Shown: positions 1 to 11,058, counted from the first letter of the stretch. The stretch is 64,000 nt of DNA from a virus (IMGVR_UViG_3300021400_000126:32001-96000); one strand, 5' to 3'. Numbers and translations are program-made. The notes: generated from the letters alone by a model not told the origin.

Positions 1-1
1 T

Positions 2-409
2 ATGGATGATATAAAAAATGCACCTACTATTGAGCTAAATGAGAGTGAAATTAAGAAAAAAGCTGAAAATGAGGTGTGGAATTTTGTTAGTAAATTCATG
101 TGGTCACTTGAAGATAAAGAGATTCTTGGAATGGGTATTACTCATGCGGTTCGTGACATGACCTATCAAGAGGCAAAAGCTAAGTATGAAGCGTGGAAAA
201 CTGAGATGTCTAAAATTCGTGTTGGGGATGAAGTAATTCTAAAGGATGGAAATTTCAAATATATAGTGATAGGATTTCATTTTAACACTGCTTATTTGTT
301 AGCTTCAGATGGTAGTGTTAGTAAGTTTCCAGTGAACAAGCTGAGAAAACTTAACAGGCATTTTAATGAAATGGAAGAGTTGTTGAAGAAAATAAAGGAG
401 AAACAATGA
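2..409 (+). CDS. hypothetical protein, YxEAKxKYExW...IRVGDEV family (possibly 5'-partial)
   Basis: ORF; paralog of 406..867, 23372..23926 and 25211..25732. Confidence 0.7.
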   Translation: MDDIKNAPTIELNESEIKKKAENEVWNFVSKFMWSLEDKEILGMGITHAVRDMTYQEAKAKYEAWKTEMSKIRVGDEVILKDGNFKYIVIGFHFNTAYLLASDGSVSKFPVNKLRKLNRHFNEMEELLKKIKEKQ

Positions 410-867
410 AATATATAATTGAAATACCTGATGAGCAAGGACAGGTATATAATATTACCCCTTATAATTGTGAAGATAATGCTGTATGGATGAATGGCTA
501 TAAAAAAGGTTTGGAGGCAGGAAGAGATGATGCATGGAATTTTGCAAAAAAACTTCTTAATTATACAAATAAAGATTGGGAAGACTTAATGAATTTACTT
601 CTTATTGGTAATTGTTCATACCAAGAGGCAAAAGATATGTATGAAGAATGGGAAAGAGAAAAGAATGAAATTCAGATAGGCGATGAAGTAAAAGATAAAG
701 ATTTAGGAGATAAAGGTATTGTAACTTGTATTTTAGCTACCCGATGTGATATATTATGGTTTGATGGCAGTGTAAGTGAAGAAGTTCCAATGAGTGACTT
801 ATGTAAAACAGGAAAACATTTTTCTGAAGTTGAAGATTTTTTGAAAAAGATAAAAGAGGGGTTATAA
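406..867 (+). CDS. hypothetical protein, same family
   Basis: ATGA overlap with the previous gene, AAGGAG RBS, shared motifs. Confidence 0.75.
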   Translation: MKYIIEIPDEQGQVYNITPYNCEDNAVWMNGYKKGLEAGRDDAWNFAKKLLNYTNKDWEDLMNLLLIGNCSYQEAKDMYEEWEREKNEIQIGDEVKDKDLGDKGIVTCILATRCDILWFDGSVSEEVPMSDLCKTGKHFSEVEDFLKKIKEGL

Positions 868-1103
868 TGGAAACAGCCACACAATATTTTATTAGACAAA
901 TGAAATAGCAACTTTCTATGTGGAGAAAAGCTCCAAAAGAAGTTCTAGATAAAGATATATTAGATAAAATGTGTAAGACGCATATAGATGGGTCGCTAAT
1001 GAGTGCGGCATATTCACTTGCATTAATAGCAGATTCATTAGTGAAAATTTTAGAACAATAGGAAAATCAAAATGACGAAAGAAAAACTACAAAAAGCAAT
1101 TGA
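867..1103 (+). CDS. hypothetical protein with in-frame TAG (may end at TAG 1061)
   Basis: GAGGGG RBS, METATQYFIRQMK*QLSMW..., TAG at 906 and 1059. Confidence 0.5.
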
Positions 1104-1302
1104 AATAAAAAAAGAAATTGATTGGTGCGACCGCATTTTAAATGATCGTGATCATCTTAGAAAAATATTAGGACGAGGCTCATATGCCGCAACCTTATAT
1201 GAATATGAGATAGAAGATATTCCATCTTGGCTTTGGTCAATTATTATCAAAGAGACTGAAATAAGAAAAGAGAAAAAAATAAAACAACTGGCAGAACTAT
1301 AA
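1072..1302 (+). CDS. hypothetical protein
   Basis: ORF track, co-oriented operon. Confidence 0.65.
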   Translation: MTKEKLQKAIEIKKEIDWCDRILNDRDHLRKILGRGSYAATLYEYEIEDIPSWLWSIIIKETEIRKEKKIKQLAEL

Positions 1303-1422
1303 AAAGGAGAAAAATAATGAATCAAACATTTATTGACATAGGTACTTTATTATTCTTTGGCGGGATGCTGATTTCTGCGGTGGGTATGATGTTTGTTTTA
1401 GCGAGTTCATAAGGAGATTAAA

Positions 1423-1644
1423 ATGGAAGGAATTTTGTTAACAACAGACCAGATTAAATGGTTTCAAGAGATGTTAGTAGAAGGTTTTGACGATGAAAGG
1501 GTTCAGCATAGAACTCTTGGGGCCTTAGAATTTTTGATGCGGCAGCCCGCAAAAAATTGGGTTCCCGCATTAAATAATAATAACAATAAAGAAGAAGAAT
1601 GGAAACCTATTTATGCGGAAGAGATTGCCCATAAATCCAAATGA
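1423..1644 (+). CDS. hypothetical protein
   Basis: AAGGAG RBS. Confidence 0.65.
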   Translation: MEGILLTTDQIKWFQEMLVEGFDDERVQHRTLGALEFLMRQPAKNWVPALNNNNNKEEEWKPIYAEEIAHKSK

Positions 1645-1820
1645 TTTAATATTACTTTTATTAATTGTTCCGCTTTCTTTTGTGATAATTTATATTTGTT
1701 TAATTATATCAGAAAAAATTTTTAATAGAATAGAAATTGGAGCAATTATTAGTATTTTTTTAATTGTATTAATATATTGTTATTTTTTATTATTTTAAAA
1801 TTAGAGGAGGATAAAAGAAT

Positions 1821-2186
1821 ATGGTAGATTATGACCTGAGTAAACGAGTTACTACGAAATATAAAATAAATGAAGAAAAAGGAACTGTAATTTGTATCAT
1901 TACTACTGTTAATGAAATTCCGCGCCGCCTTGCTAAGTATGATTTGGCAGATGAACAATATGATGATTTTATAGATGTTAGAGTTTATAAAGGAATTGCC
2001 TATTGTGCTCCAGAGGATGAGTGGAATGAGGCTTTTGGACGACGACTTGCTGAGTACAGAGCGCAGCGAGCGCGGCAGGTAGATGTAAACACTGAAATAA
2101 AGAAATATATTAAAGGAATTTCCAGAAATATTGATAATTTATATGATTATGGATTAATTAAGGAGCCTAGGAGGCCAGAATTTTAA
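1821..2186 (+). CDS. hypothetical phage protein (GIAxCxPEDxW..FGRRLA motif)
   Basis: GAGGAGG RBS, motif common in phage proteins. Confidence 0.75.
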   Translation: MVDYDLSKRVTTKYKINEEKGTVICIITTVNEIPRRLAKYDLADEQYDDFIDVRVYKGIAYCAPEDEWNEAFGRRLAEYRAQRARQVDVNTEIKKYIKGISRNIDNLYDYGLIKEPRRPEF

Positions 2187-2188
2187 TT

Positions 2189-2404
2189 ATGGATAAAAAA
2201 ATTGTATTTTACGATTCTTGGGAAGAGTGTATTGAAAAAAATTTTGGAAACAATGAATTTATTTTAATGGCTATGGAGTATTATTTAAAAAGAGATTATA
2301 TAAAAATTGGAGAGAAAAATTCTTCAAGAGATTTTATTATTGTCACTGAACCTGGGGAGGATAATACAGAAAATTTTATTATAAAAAGGCGGAATATGAG
2401 GTAA
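2189..2404 (+). CDS. hypothetical protein
   Basis: ORF track. Confidence 0.6.
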   Translation: MDKKIVFYDSWEECIEKNFGNNEFILMAMEYYLKRDYIKIGEKNSSRDFIIVTEPGEDNTENFIIKRRNMR

Positions 2405-2535
2405 ATAATAATGCATATATTAATTGCTTGGTGCGGTGGTTGGGTTTTAGGTCACGGACTTAGGTATGAAGAAGGAGATATTATAATTATTGGAGCAATT
2501 TTAATTGGATTGGCAGTATATTTAGGAGTTAAATA

Positions 2536-2844
2536 ATGATTTTTATAGCAGAAGATAATCCAAAATTATATGTTTAGGTAAATAATTATAGTGAATTGGA
2601 AGAAAAAATAAAGGAACTTGGGAATCCTAATTATGATTATGAGGTTATTATAGAGCCTTTTTTTGAAAAACCTTGGATTGTAGGGAGGATACGAGCAATA
2701 AAAAAACATTCGTCTTTTGATTTTAAAAAAACTTTTGGATTATTGTTATTGTTATATTCGTCTTTTGATTTTAAAAAAACTTTTGGATTGGGAAAGTTGG
2801 AGAGCAAAAGTTTTTTCACTTTCCCAAAAAGTTTTTTCCCATAA
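2536..2844 (+). CDS. hypothetical protein with TAG read-through; 3' end contains a ~33-bp duplication
   Basis: AGGAG RBS and ATG at 2536 in frame with 2596..2844 through TAG 2575; TTCGTCTTTTGATTTTAAAAAAACTTTTGGATT occurs twice. Confidence 0.5.
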
Positions 2845-3117
2845 TACACCCCCGCCCATTTTAATTTTATTTTCATACTAAGAAATACTCATACATACAG
2901 TCTGTAGATGAACGAAAAAAACGCTGAGCAACGCTGACTTGTAGCGGGGCCTTAACACAAACAATGAACAAACGCAACGCCAGCAAAATACAATAATACA
3001 ACAAAAGTATGTACAATAAATAAAGCAAATAATATAAGATATAAACAAAAAAGCAATAGATGATGTAAGGGAACTAATACGTTCGCAGGGCAGCCAACGA
3101 CCATCAAGCATCGAGAA

Positions 3118-4315
3118 CATTGTTAAAATATAGTCAAACACTTTTTCTTCAAGCATTTTGTTAAACAATAGACAAACACTCTTTCCTATAATTCACTTGT
3201 TTAATCAATCAACCAATGTTACTACTACTAAATTATTGCGCTCTAACAAAACAGACGAAAAAAATCAGTAACTTTTCAGGTTTTGTTAAATACTTAACAA
3301 AAGCTAACCAGCTAGTAACGGCATTGACAAACTATTAACAATTGCTAGCACGAGGCTTGTTAGTTATTTAACAAATAAGGTTTATGTACAAACATTGTTA
3401 ATAACTTAGCAAAGATAGAAGGATAGGTAGGTCAACAAAGGTAGGGAGTAAGGCAAGGCAGGAGAAGTAGAGACAAACCAAAGAGAACAAGAGAAGAAAG
3501 AGAACAACACAATAACACAATCAATCAACAACACAATGATAATAATATAATAATAAATATGTATGTACTATGGTAGGGTATGGGTAGGGGTGTGTAAGGT
3601 AGGGATGGGGTATCCACTGTGCAGGTATCTATCTAATAACTGTAGAAGCTTGTTAAACAATTAACAATAGAAGATTGTTAAGATGTTAACAACATGCATC
3701 CGGACGAGCAGGAAGATAGGTCATGATTAAGCTGTCAATGAAGCGAGCTTGTTAAAGTATTAACACATTGATAAGATAAGCGAATAGATAAAATAAGAAG
3801 ATTGTTAATAAAATAACTTTTAAATAATGATTGACATTTAGATAAAGATAGTATATAATAAAAGAGAACTAAGAGTTAACCACTAAACACAGCCACAAAG
3901 AAAGGACGTGCAAACAATGCGTAAAGCTATAACAACAATCATCATTACAGTAATCATGTTAACTATGTTCTATGTATCAGCATGGATCGAGGCACACTAC
4001 ACAAGAGAGGCAACAGTCATTGAAGTAAATGATAACATTGTAACTGTTGTTGATGATACTAATAACTTTTGGTCATTTGAAGGAACTGAATTCAATGTCA
4101 ATGATAAAGTAACAATGACAATGGATTCAATGAATACAGACTTAAACATCTATGATGATGAAATAATAAATGTAGAAAAGAACTAATAATTAATATTAAG
4201 AACTCTTTAATTAGACTTAATTAAAGAGTTCTTTTTTTGTACTATCAAGAGATAGTAAGATAAAAGCTTGTTAAGTCAACGAGTCAATGAAGCGAGATTG
4301 TTAAACATCTAACAA
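3118..4315. repeat. array of palindromic boxes TTGTTAA-N4-TTAACAA (roughly a dozen copies)
   Basis: e.g. ttgttaaatacttaacaa, ttgttaaacaattaacaa, ttgttaagatgttaacaa, ttgttaaacatctaacaa. Confidence 0.85.
3908..4186 (+). CDS. small predicted exported/membrane protein
   Basis: N-terminal hydrophobic helix; TTGACA-17-TATATA promoter upstream; terminator at ~4200-4240. Confidence 0.7.
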   Translation: MQTMRKAITTIIITVIMLTMFYVSAWIEAHYTREATVIEVNDNIVTVVDDTNNFWSFEGTEFNVNDKVTMTMDSMNTDLNIYDDEIINVEKN

Positions 4316-4975
4316 ATAGATAATAATAAATATAATAAGATAAGTAAACAATACATAAATGTATTGATAGATGTAAATATAATACACTTATAGTTATTAC
4401 TATTGAACCTCGCGGGCGGCGGCTGGGCGGCCGAAAAATTATACCACATGCCGTTGCCATTTGTCAATTAGGAAAATGTAACAAAAAAACAATTAAATAA
4501 TTATCCCATTTTGTGCAATATTTTTTTAATAAACCGGTTGACAAAATAAATATCTGATGATATAATGAATATAACAAAAGAGATAAGGACACAAAAGAAA
4601 GGGAGTAAAAAATGACAGTATATAAAGTATTTGAAAAGTTAGGAAAAGAAAAGGTTTGTAGAATGACTACTGAAAACATTGAAGAAGCTAAATCTTACGT
4701 TAGATATTTAAGAGCCTGTTATCGTAGAACTTGGATGGAAGAAAGAGTTGAAGATTCCTCTTTATAAAAAAGGAAGTGATAAAAATGACTAAAAAACAGA
4801 AAAAAGCACAGAATAACACAAATAGAGTTTTTATCTACATGAACACAGGAACACGCACACATAAAACAAAAAAAGACTACAATAGAAAAGAAAATAAAAA
4901 AATTTGTAGAAAAGCCTTGACAGAATATTAAAAAGAGAGTATAATCAAGATAACAAAAGAGAGGAGGACTAAAAA

Positions 4976-5281
4976 ATGAAGAAAAGTAGCCACTGGAAAT
5001 TAGAAAGAAAAGAAAGAGCAAAAATCATCGCTCAGATCGGGAAAGGTAACATTATTAAAGAAGTTGAAGTTGATAGAAATCATCCTAACGGACCTGAAAT
5101 CCATAAAATCAGCGACACAGGGATTATCACAATCTTCAATAAAAGAACTAAAAAAATGATTACTCAGTTAATCGCAAGACCTGGACAGATTAGAAGATAC
5201 TTTAATGAAAATGAAATTATCCCTACTGGATTACTTGATTTAGCAAGAGAGCATCAGAAAATGGCTTATAACATGGCTTAG
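4976..5281 (+). CDS. hypothetical early protein (TAG stop)
   Basis: promoter, GGAGG RBS. Confidence 0.75.
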   Translation: MKKSSHWKLERKERAKIIAQIGKGNIIKEVEVDRNHPNGPEIHKISDTGIITIFNKRTKKMITQLIARPGQIRRYFNENEIIPTGLLDLAREHQKMAYNMA

Positions 5282-5381
5282 AAGAAAATAAAAATTTTCT
5301 TCTTTTCTTTAAAAAAATGCTTGACAAAATTCAAATCATCGGTTATAATAAAGACAGATAAAAGAAAGGGAGGTAAACCAA

Positions 5382-5534
5382 ATGAAAAAGACAAGAGACG
5401 AAATGCTTACAGATATCATCAGAAAATGGGGATTTGAGAATGCGGCGACTATCACCTTCGCAACTCTCATGGACGACAGTAAGATTTCTGAAAGAGCCTT
5501 ATACGAAGCCTACAGAGGATTCATGAGCCTGTAG
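5382..5534 (+). CDS. 50-aa early protein MKKTRDEMLTDIIRKWGFE (TAG stop)
   Basis: promoter, GGGAGG RBS; paralog of 6728..6880. Confidence 0.75.
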   Translation: MKKTRDEMLTDIIRKWGFENAATITFATLMDDSKISERALYEAYRGFMSL

Positions 5535-5577
5535 GCTCTTTTTTTATTGTCGGGCCGGCTGCGCACGGGGCAGCCGG

Positions 5578-5770
5578 TTAACTGCAACTAACTTGGGTTC
5601 GGCTTTTCTAACTTGAGTTAGTTAAAACTAATCTGAGTTAGATCCTTCCCAAAATGGTTAGTCATAACTAATCCCAATTAACCATAACTAACCTCAGTTA
5701 GTTATAGCTAATTAAAGTTTGTCTTATTTAACTCAAGTTAGTTATGTCTATATCAAAATTGACTAGTTAA
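5578..5770. repeat. array of GTTAG-N6-CTAA(T/C) palindromic boxes
   Basis: gttagttaaaactaat, gttagtcataactaat, gttagttatagctaat and further degenerate copies. Confidence 0.75.
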
Positions 5771-5885
5771 AAAATTACCCTTCAAACTGGACAAAAATTT
5801 ACCCTTTGACAACAATTTTTTGCATGGTACAATTTATTGCCATAGTGTATAATAAGGACAATTAAAGAAAGGGAGGACCGGATCG

Positions 5886-6353
5886 ATGAAAAAAATTGAA
5901 GCTGAAATCAGAATTAACTACACATTTGACAATAACCGCAAAGGTGCTAAATATACTTTGAATGGTCTTAATTGGATGAATCACGGTGAATTTGCCGAAA
6001 TTGTCACTAAAAACATCTTAGGTTTTGAATCTGTTAAAGATGCTAATACAGCTTTTGATAAAGGCTCTGACATCCCCGAAATCAAGGCTTCTGTAAAATC
6101 TAGCAAAGCCAGTTTAACAAGCATGAAACTTGCTGATACTTTTGAAGAAAGTATGAATAAATACTTCAAAAGAACACATTCAGAAATTTTCATCTATACA
6201 GTAATCATTGATGAAAATGCTACTCTTTACATGATGAATGAAAAAGAATTTAGACTTTTCATGATGAATTTTAGTAGCCTTAATGAAAGAAAGGTTATCC
6301 GCTTTAAAGCCACAAGCGGAAAAATGATAAAATTTCTTGAGAGTCTTGCTTAA
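5886..6353 (+). CDS. hypothetical early protein (possibly a nuclease-like fold)
   Basis: GGGAGG RBS; HGEFAE...SD...SVK pattern. Confidence 0.7.
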   Translation: MKKIEAEIRINYTFDNNRKGAKYTLNGLNWMNHGEFAEIVTKNILGFESVKDANTAFDKGSDIPEIKASVKSSKASLTSMKLADTFEESMNKYFKRTHSEIFIYTVIIDENATLYMMNEKEFRLFMMNFSSLNERKVIRFKATSGKMIKFLESLA

Positions 6354-6727
6354 AGGCTCTTAAGAAACTAACCAAAAATTTACCTATCAACAGCAAAAAA
6401 TTGCATGGTAACAAAAACCGGTATGTGATATACTCTAGATAGTTCAAGAGAGGAGGTACACAAGATGTACAAAGAGATGTTTGTAGAATACTTATTACCA
6501 GGAAACCCAATTACACAGTCAGAGCGGATGAGCTGGGAAGCCTTCTGTGACTTCTGCACATGGTGGGGAGTTGAAATCCTCTTCTGTTGTGCCACTGATG
6601 ACCCGAGGGTGAATGTGGAGTGATCCACATCCCCTCAAAAATAAATTTAAAAAATTTTAAAAAATGTCTTGACAGATTTTAAAAAATTTGATACTATAGA
6701 GTCAGAAAAAGAAAGGGGGTAACAAAA

Positions 6728-6880
6728 ATGACAAAGACTAGAGATGAGATGCTTACAAACATCATTAGAAAATGGGGATTCGAGCACAACTTCACAATCG
6801 ACTTCGCGGTTGCTATGGAGGACGCCCACTTCACAGACAAGATGCTCACAGACTTATATAGAGGATTAATGGACTTATAA
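6728..6880 (+). CDS. 50-aa early protein MTKTRDEMLTNIIRKWGFE
   Basis: paralog of 5382..5534; promoter upstream. Confidence 0.75.
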   Translation: MTKTRDEMLTNIIRKWGFEHNFTIDFAVAMEDAHFTDKMLTDLYRGLMDL

Positions 6881-7287
6881 GGTCCATTAATTTTTTGTCG
6901 GCCCGCGGGCCGCCGGCGCAGCCGGAGAACCATTATATCACACCTCTCGAGTTTTGTCAATAGGCAAATTATACAAATTTACACCCCAATTCTTTCCCAA
7001 AATTCTCTGTTTTGCACAAAGACCAATAAAAAAATCAACCAATTTTTTTTGTAAAAACTGCACAAAAACATTCAGCTTTATTGTGCAAAATTTTACCTCA
7101 TTTTTTGTTGATTTTTCACAAAAGAATTCCAGTTTCTTTGTGCACATTGACAGTCCGCAAAATTTCCTTGTGCAAATTATACAATAAACTACCCCTAAAT
7201 TGCCTTCCGGTTTGTGAGGTATTTTGTTTGACAAGTCCCCTCATCCGTGCTATAATCTAATCAAGATAAAGAAAGGAGAACAAAGAC

Positions 7288-7746
7288 ATGACAAACACAG
7301 TATTATTCGCACATCTGATCGAGGGATATAACAAGTTAGCTTTCACTCACAACTACATTTATGGCTTCTGTTTCCAGAACATGGTCTATATGGTCAAGGC
7401 TACCGCCGAAGATATGCCTTTCGTTCTGAAACTTGACAAGGCAAGCCGTGGGGCTGGATATGCATTAAGGTTTAAGCCTAACAAGGCTCAGAAAACCTTC
7501 CTTCTTGCCAAAGGTGCTACCGCTATATGCTCCAAGGAATTCTTCGAAGCAACTGTAAAAGAAAGCAAATATAATAGGGGTGAAATCTTCGAAAAGATGG
7601 TCACTGAATTTTATGGTCAGGTTTGGGAAAAGGATAATATTCCTTTCACAGATGACGGTGACCTTACAGTTGACGGTGTAGCATATCAGATTAAATTTGA
7701 AAAAGCTACATTCACAAATGAGAAATCCCTTGCAAGGATGATGTAG
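7288..7746 (+). CDS. hypothetical early protein (TAG stop)
   Basis: promoter, AAGGAG RBS; GEIFE...GD...YQIK pattern. Confidence 0.75.
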   Translation: MTNTVLFAHLIEGYNKLAFTHNYIYGFCFQNMVYMVKATAEDMPFVLKLDKASRGAGYALRFKPNKAQKTFLLAKGATAICSKEFFEATVKESKYNRGEIFEKMVTEFYGQVWEKDNIPFTDDGDLTVDGVAYQIKFEKATFTNEKSLARMM

Positions 7747-7820
7747 CATCCTTGCAAAATTTTTCTTGACAAAATAATAAAAATAGTATATAATTTATAT
7801 ATAGAAAGGAGATATGGAAC

Positions 7821-8015
7821 ATGGGTTTAGATAAAGCGATTTTTTATGGGAAAGAACATAGGCATCCCTATTATAAAGCAAAAGCTGTTTCTCCTACCTG
7901 CCGAAACCATGGAACTTGTCCTTGGTGCGAAGCAAACAGAAAATATAAGTATATTAGAAAAAATAAACAAACATTAAAAGAATTAAAAAATTTCAAAAAA
8001 GGTATTGACATTTAA
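7821..8015 (+). CDS. small Cys/His-rich protein (CRNHGxCxWC)
   Basis: promoter, RBS. Confidence 0.7.
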   Translation: MGLDKAIFYGKEHRHPYYKAKAVSPTCRNHGTCPWCEANRKYKYIRKNKQTLKELKNFKKGIDI

Positions 8016-8078
8016 AAAATCCTGTGCTATAATTAAGACAACAAAAGAAAAGACACTTAAAAAGAAAGGGGAACTTAC

Positions 8079-8282
8079 ATGAGATTAGTTCATTACATCG
8101 TAGAAAAGACAGATAAGACTCAGTTTGAAACTACTAGCTACGCAGTTGCTACAAAAGATGGCAATCACATCGTTAAGACTTTCTTAACAGATATTGATGA
8201 AACAACAGACAAACAGAGAAACGAGCAGAAAGCACATCGTGCAAAGGTTCGTGAGGTCCTGCGGAAAAAGAGAGATGCATAA
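8079..8282 (+). CDS. hypothetical early protein
   Basis: promoter, RBS, terminator. Confidence 0.7.
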   Translation: MRLVHYIVEKTDKTQFETTSYAVATKDGNHIVKTFLTDIDETTDKQRNEQKAHRAKVREVLRKKRDA

Positions 8283-8595
8283 TCTCTCTTCTTTTTTACC
8301 CTTGCGGGAATTCGCCCGGGCACTGATTTGACCCGGCCCGCCGCTGCCCTAATCTTTCATTATACTACAAAACGGATCTATGATCAATAGGCAGAATTAC
8401 CAAAATATTTTGTGCATTTTGTCTATTGTATTTTTTTAAAAATCTGATATAATAATAAGTGTCAAGGGAAAGGAGTTAAAAAATAAAAATAAAAAAAAAT
8501 TAAAAAAACTCTTGACAAATAAAAAAACCTATGATATAATAAAGGTACAAAGAAAGAAAAAACAAAATCTTAAAGAAAGAAATGAGGTATGTATT

Positions 8596-8940
8596 ATGAC
8601 AAAAAGAGAAATGTTTGCTGAGATTCGTAAGGTTGTTGCTGATAATGCTGAGATGGTAGCTTTTATCGACCATGAAGTAGAGCTGTTGAACCGTAAGTCT
8701 GGCGGTCAGCGGAAACCTACTAAGACTCAGTTAGAAAATGCTGAGTTTAAGGCTGAGATTGTTGCTTTCTTAGGTGAGGTTGGAACTCCTCACACCATCA
8801 AGGAGATTCAGGCGAATGTCCTTAACATCGCAAATCTCACCAATCAGAGAGTAACTCACATGCTCACTGATTTGGTTAAGGATGGAGTTTTAAATAAGGA
8901 GTATGTAAAGAGAACTCCTTACTATTACATTGCACAGTAG
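8596..8940 (+). CDS. MTKREMFAEIR-family protein with C-terminal winged-HTH-like domain (copy 1, TAG stop)
   Basis: GAGG RBS; N-terminus nearly identical to 12407 and 13124. Confidence 0.8.
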   Translation: MTKREMFAEIRKVVADNAEMVAFIDHEVELLNRKSGGQRKPTKTQLENAEFKAEIVAFLGEVGTPHTIKEIQANVLNIANLTNQRVTHMLTDLVKDGVLNKEYVKRTPYYYIAQ

Positions 8941-9086
8941 CCCTAATAAATGGGGCGGTCATCGCAAGGTGGCTTGCCCCATGGGCTCGCCCGGCCGATT
9001 TTTCAAATGAAAATTAAAAATTAGCAGTTGACAAATTTTTTAAAATATGATATAATAAATTTACAAAAGAAAAAGGAGGAAAAAAC

Positions 9087-9296
9087 ATGACTATTAAACC
9101 TTTAACGTATGAAGAATTAATTTCTTTAGCCCTTGAATATTATGAGAAGGGCGGAGATGGAGTTTATGAATGTTGGGATGAAAAATATTTCAATGAGTAT
9201 GTAGAAACTTTTGGCCCCATTTATAAAAGCAATGCTCTTGCTATCTTTGAGTATGACTATGAAATCCGCAAAGATTTTGAAGCCACAATTTGGTAA
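9087..9296 (+). CDS. hypothetical early protein
   Basis: promoter, AGGAGG RBS. Confidence 0.7.
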   Translation: MTIKPLTYEELISLALEYYEKGGDGVYECWDEKYFNEYVETFGPIYKSNALAIFEYDYEIRKDFEATIW

Positions 9297-9339
9297 GATT
9301 TTTTAAAATCATTATTCATTTTTAAATAAAAGAAAGTAG

Positions 9340-9603
9340 GTGCTATTTATGTGCGGAGAATATCGGCTCTATTCAAGATTAGAAGATGGTGAAACAGTTT
9401 TAGAGTTATGGGGCGGTAGTACTAAACACCCCGATAGTATTTTCTTCTTTTCTGATTTCAATAAAACAGATTGGATTGATTATCAGAATCAGATTTTTCA
9501 GTGGATTTTAGAATGTGCTAGTAAATTGACTCTTCCTGTTCATGCTTATTACCTTACAGAGTGGGCAATGGAAGGATACAAGGCACAAAGGGGATTAAAA
9601 TAA
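9340..9603 (+). CDS. hypothetical protein
   Basis: ORF track. Confidence 0.55.
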   Translation: MLFMCGEYRLYSRLEDGETVLELWGGSTKHPDSIFFFSDFNKTDWIDYQNQIFQWILECASKLTLPVHAYYLTEWAMEGYKAQRGLK

Positions 9604-9917
9604 ATGGGGGGCACCCCCATTTTTGCCCGGGCCGCCGAGCGGATCCGCCCTAAAAAAAATAAAAAAAAATTGAAAAAAGTGTTGACAAATGAATTAATCT
9701 TTGCTATAATTAGTTCAGAAGGTGAGGGAAGGAAGCAAGGTAACCCCCAAGACGCAAGATGTCGCAGTAAGACTTCCTTGATAAAGACCCACCACCGCAA
9801 GCCTAAGTCTTACTTTGCGGTATATAAATGTGAGGCAACATAGCACAGAGTCTGGAAGTGCTAGGCTGGTAAGATGGACTCTTTCTTTTAACAAAAGCTA
9901 GAAAAGGAGATTTTCAA

Positions 9918-10580
9918 ATGGAAAAAAATACTTACTTCATCGTTGTTGACACAGAAACTACAAATTCCATTGATGACCCGTTATGCTATGATGTTGGATT
10001 CGCAGTGATTGATAAGACAGGGCATGTTTATGAAAGTCATTCTTTTGTAGTAGCTGATATCTTTCTTGATAAAGAGTTGATGAGTTCCGCATATTTTGCT
10101 GATAAAATCCCGCAGTATTGGCAGGATATCAAACAGGGCAAAAGAATTTTGAAATCATTTTTTAATATCAAAAAGGCTTTTGCTCAGTGTGTAAGAAAAT
10201 ATAAAGTCAAGATTGTTTTAGCACATAACGCACGTTTTGACTACAGGTCTTTAAATCTGACTCAGCGGTTTTTGACTTCTTCAAAATATAGATTCTTCTT
10301 TCCTTTTGGGGTTGAGATTTGGGATACTTTGAAAATGTCAAGAGAAGTCCTCAATAATCTTGAGGAGTACGGAGAGTTCTGTTATAATAATGACTACTTA
10401 ACAAAAAGACTTTGCAAGCGGTTTACCGCAGAAATCATTTACAGATTCATCACTGGAAATAATAGCTTTGAAGAAAGCCATACAGGACTTGAAGATGTAT
10501 TGATTGAAAAGGATATTTTCGTTTTCTGTATTAATAGAAAGCCTAATATTAATGGTGCTTTGTGGAGTAAGGCTTGCTAG
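9918..10580 (+). CDS. DEDDh 3'-5' exonuclease (DnaQ/RNase T-like), TAG stop
   Basis: DTET, AHNARFD, HTGLED motifs. Confidence 0.85.
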   Translation: MEKNTYFIVVDTETTNSIDDPLCYDVGFAVIDKTGHVYESHSFVVADIFLDKELMSSAYFADKIPQYWQDIKQGKRILKSFFNIKKAFAQCVRKYKVKIVLAHNARFDYRSLNLTQRFLTSSKYRFFFPFGVEIWDTLKMSREVLNNLEEYGEFCYNNDYLTKRLCKRFTAEIIYRFITGNNSFEESHTGLEDVLIEKDIFVFCINRKPNINGALWSKAC

Positions 10581-10853
10581 TCTTGCCCCACATTGCGGCC
10601 GGGCCGCCACAAAAATTTTCAAAAAACCCCTTGACAAATAATTTCATTTGTATTATAATAAAGACGTAAAGAAAAGGAGATAAAAAATGAATGAAGAATT
10701 AATTATTAATGATTTATTGCAGAAAATTATTTCGCATAGCTCTAGATGTGCTCATTGTAAATATTTGCGTCAAGAAAATGATAATTGCTATTGCTTTTTT
10801 GCTTATGCTTGTTTAACACAAGATTTTTATTATTGGGATGAGGAGGAATAAAT

Positions 10854-11054
10854 ATGATTTGTGAAAACTGTAATAAATGTTGTCTTTGTGCGGATTGTGT
10901 AAGAAATAAAAACTATGCGGTAAATACTCCTAATCCTTGTTTCTGTGCTGATTGTGACATTTGTAAATATCACGACATGGCAACAACTTTTTGTAATCAG
11001 TACTTGACAATTAAAGACCTTGATGATATAATAGAATCAAGAAAGGGGGCATAA
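10854..11054 (+). CDS. Cys-rich small protein
   Basis: GAGGAGG RBS; multiple CxxC. Confidence 0.65.
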   Translation: MICENCNKCCLCADCVRNKNYAVNTPNPCFCADCDICKYHDMATTFCNQYLTIKDLDDIIESRKGA

Positions 11055-11058
11055 GCCT

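Noticed and set aside
3118-5770. CRISPR array
   Set aside because: Repeats are short degenerate palindromes with irregular spacing; no cas genes.
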